From NCBI GenBank assembly GCA_030390025.1, contig CM059433.1:19780001-19844000 (forward strand): a DNA stretch of 64,000 bases, in the 5' to 3' direction. Made by a program: the position numbers and the translations under genes. Source of the stretch: Squalus acanthias. Taxonomy: Eukaryota. Shown piece after piece: positions 63,386 to 64,000 of this stretch. The notes beneath the pieces were generated by a model that saw nothing but the letters and a program-made list of their open reading frames with translations, was not told where the DNA came from and did no database searches. How positions within the stretch are numbered: the first letter of the stretch is position 1; each line of letters begins with the position of its first letter.

Positions 63386-64000
63386 AAGAAATTTAAAAAA
63401 ATATATCTGGCAGTTTACTGCAGTGCATTTGTCAGTGAAGTAATACTTGGAAAGACATTCCAAACATTAAAAAAACTCATAATTCTGCAGGTAAATTCCT
63501 CCATGAAGAAAGAAATCTTATTTATTAAAAGTGTCTGACCTTTAGTGGGTACCTTCTGACAGCACAATCTTCAGAGAGCACTGATTGTGTAATAAATAGG
63601 GCAAAATAGATAATGTGCATATACAATTATTCATGACCAGCTTACTTGAGACTAATATCTTGGCTTGGCTGCACAAATTTCACCTTCATATTTCAGTATA
63701 TCCTTTTGCAAACTAGGTTCATTCATGAACCCAAGTTCTGTGGGAAGTTGTGTAACAGCACTGCAGTTTACAGACAGCACACTGTGCTGTCACCTGGCCC
63801 GTGAAGGATTGCAGACTGCAGTTGATGTTTGATTTTCTTCACAACAGAAGAGAGCATAATTTAGAGGACCTAGGAGTAAATAGTCTATGCTTACCATTTT
63901 TGAAAGCGCTGAGTTCCCCTTTAAGTGTAATTTGTCTTCAAATATCTGTTTGTCTTTTCAACCGAAACATGTACCTTGACCTGGTGAATGAAAAACTGCT

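Overview
Eukaryotic, repeat-dominated DNA, most likely intronic or intergenic sequence from a cartilaginous fish (shark). This is inferred from the repeat repertoire: CR1 and L2 LINEs, SacSINE1/DeuSINE-like SINEs, Penelope-like elements (PLEs) and many PIF/Harbinger-type elements. I cannot identify any host protein-coding gene with confidence, and nearly all long ORFs belong to transposons. The most striking signal is a set of three short, TSD-flanked insertions built from inverted PLE terminal repeats that carry minimal type I hammerhead ribozyme motifs. They come from two unrelated PLE families but share one architecture. One is a perfect 191-bp palindrome with an intact hammerhead core on each strand; another appears to have captured about 70 bp of nearby flanking DNA. 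Also notable: a Harbinger element that lost its transposase but keeps a correctly spliced 3-exon Myb/SANT gene (447 aa), a second Harbinger with a frameshifted DDE transposase, Harbinger-type elements with varied 3-bp TSDs, and multi-level nesting. Family names come from my recognition of motifs, not from database searches. Boundaries of degenerate repeats are approximate.
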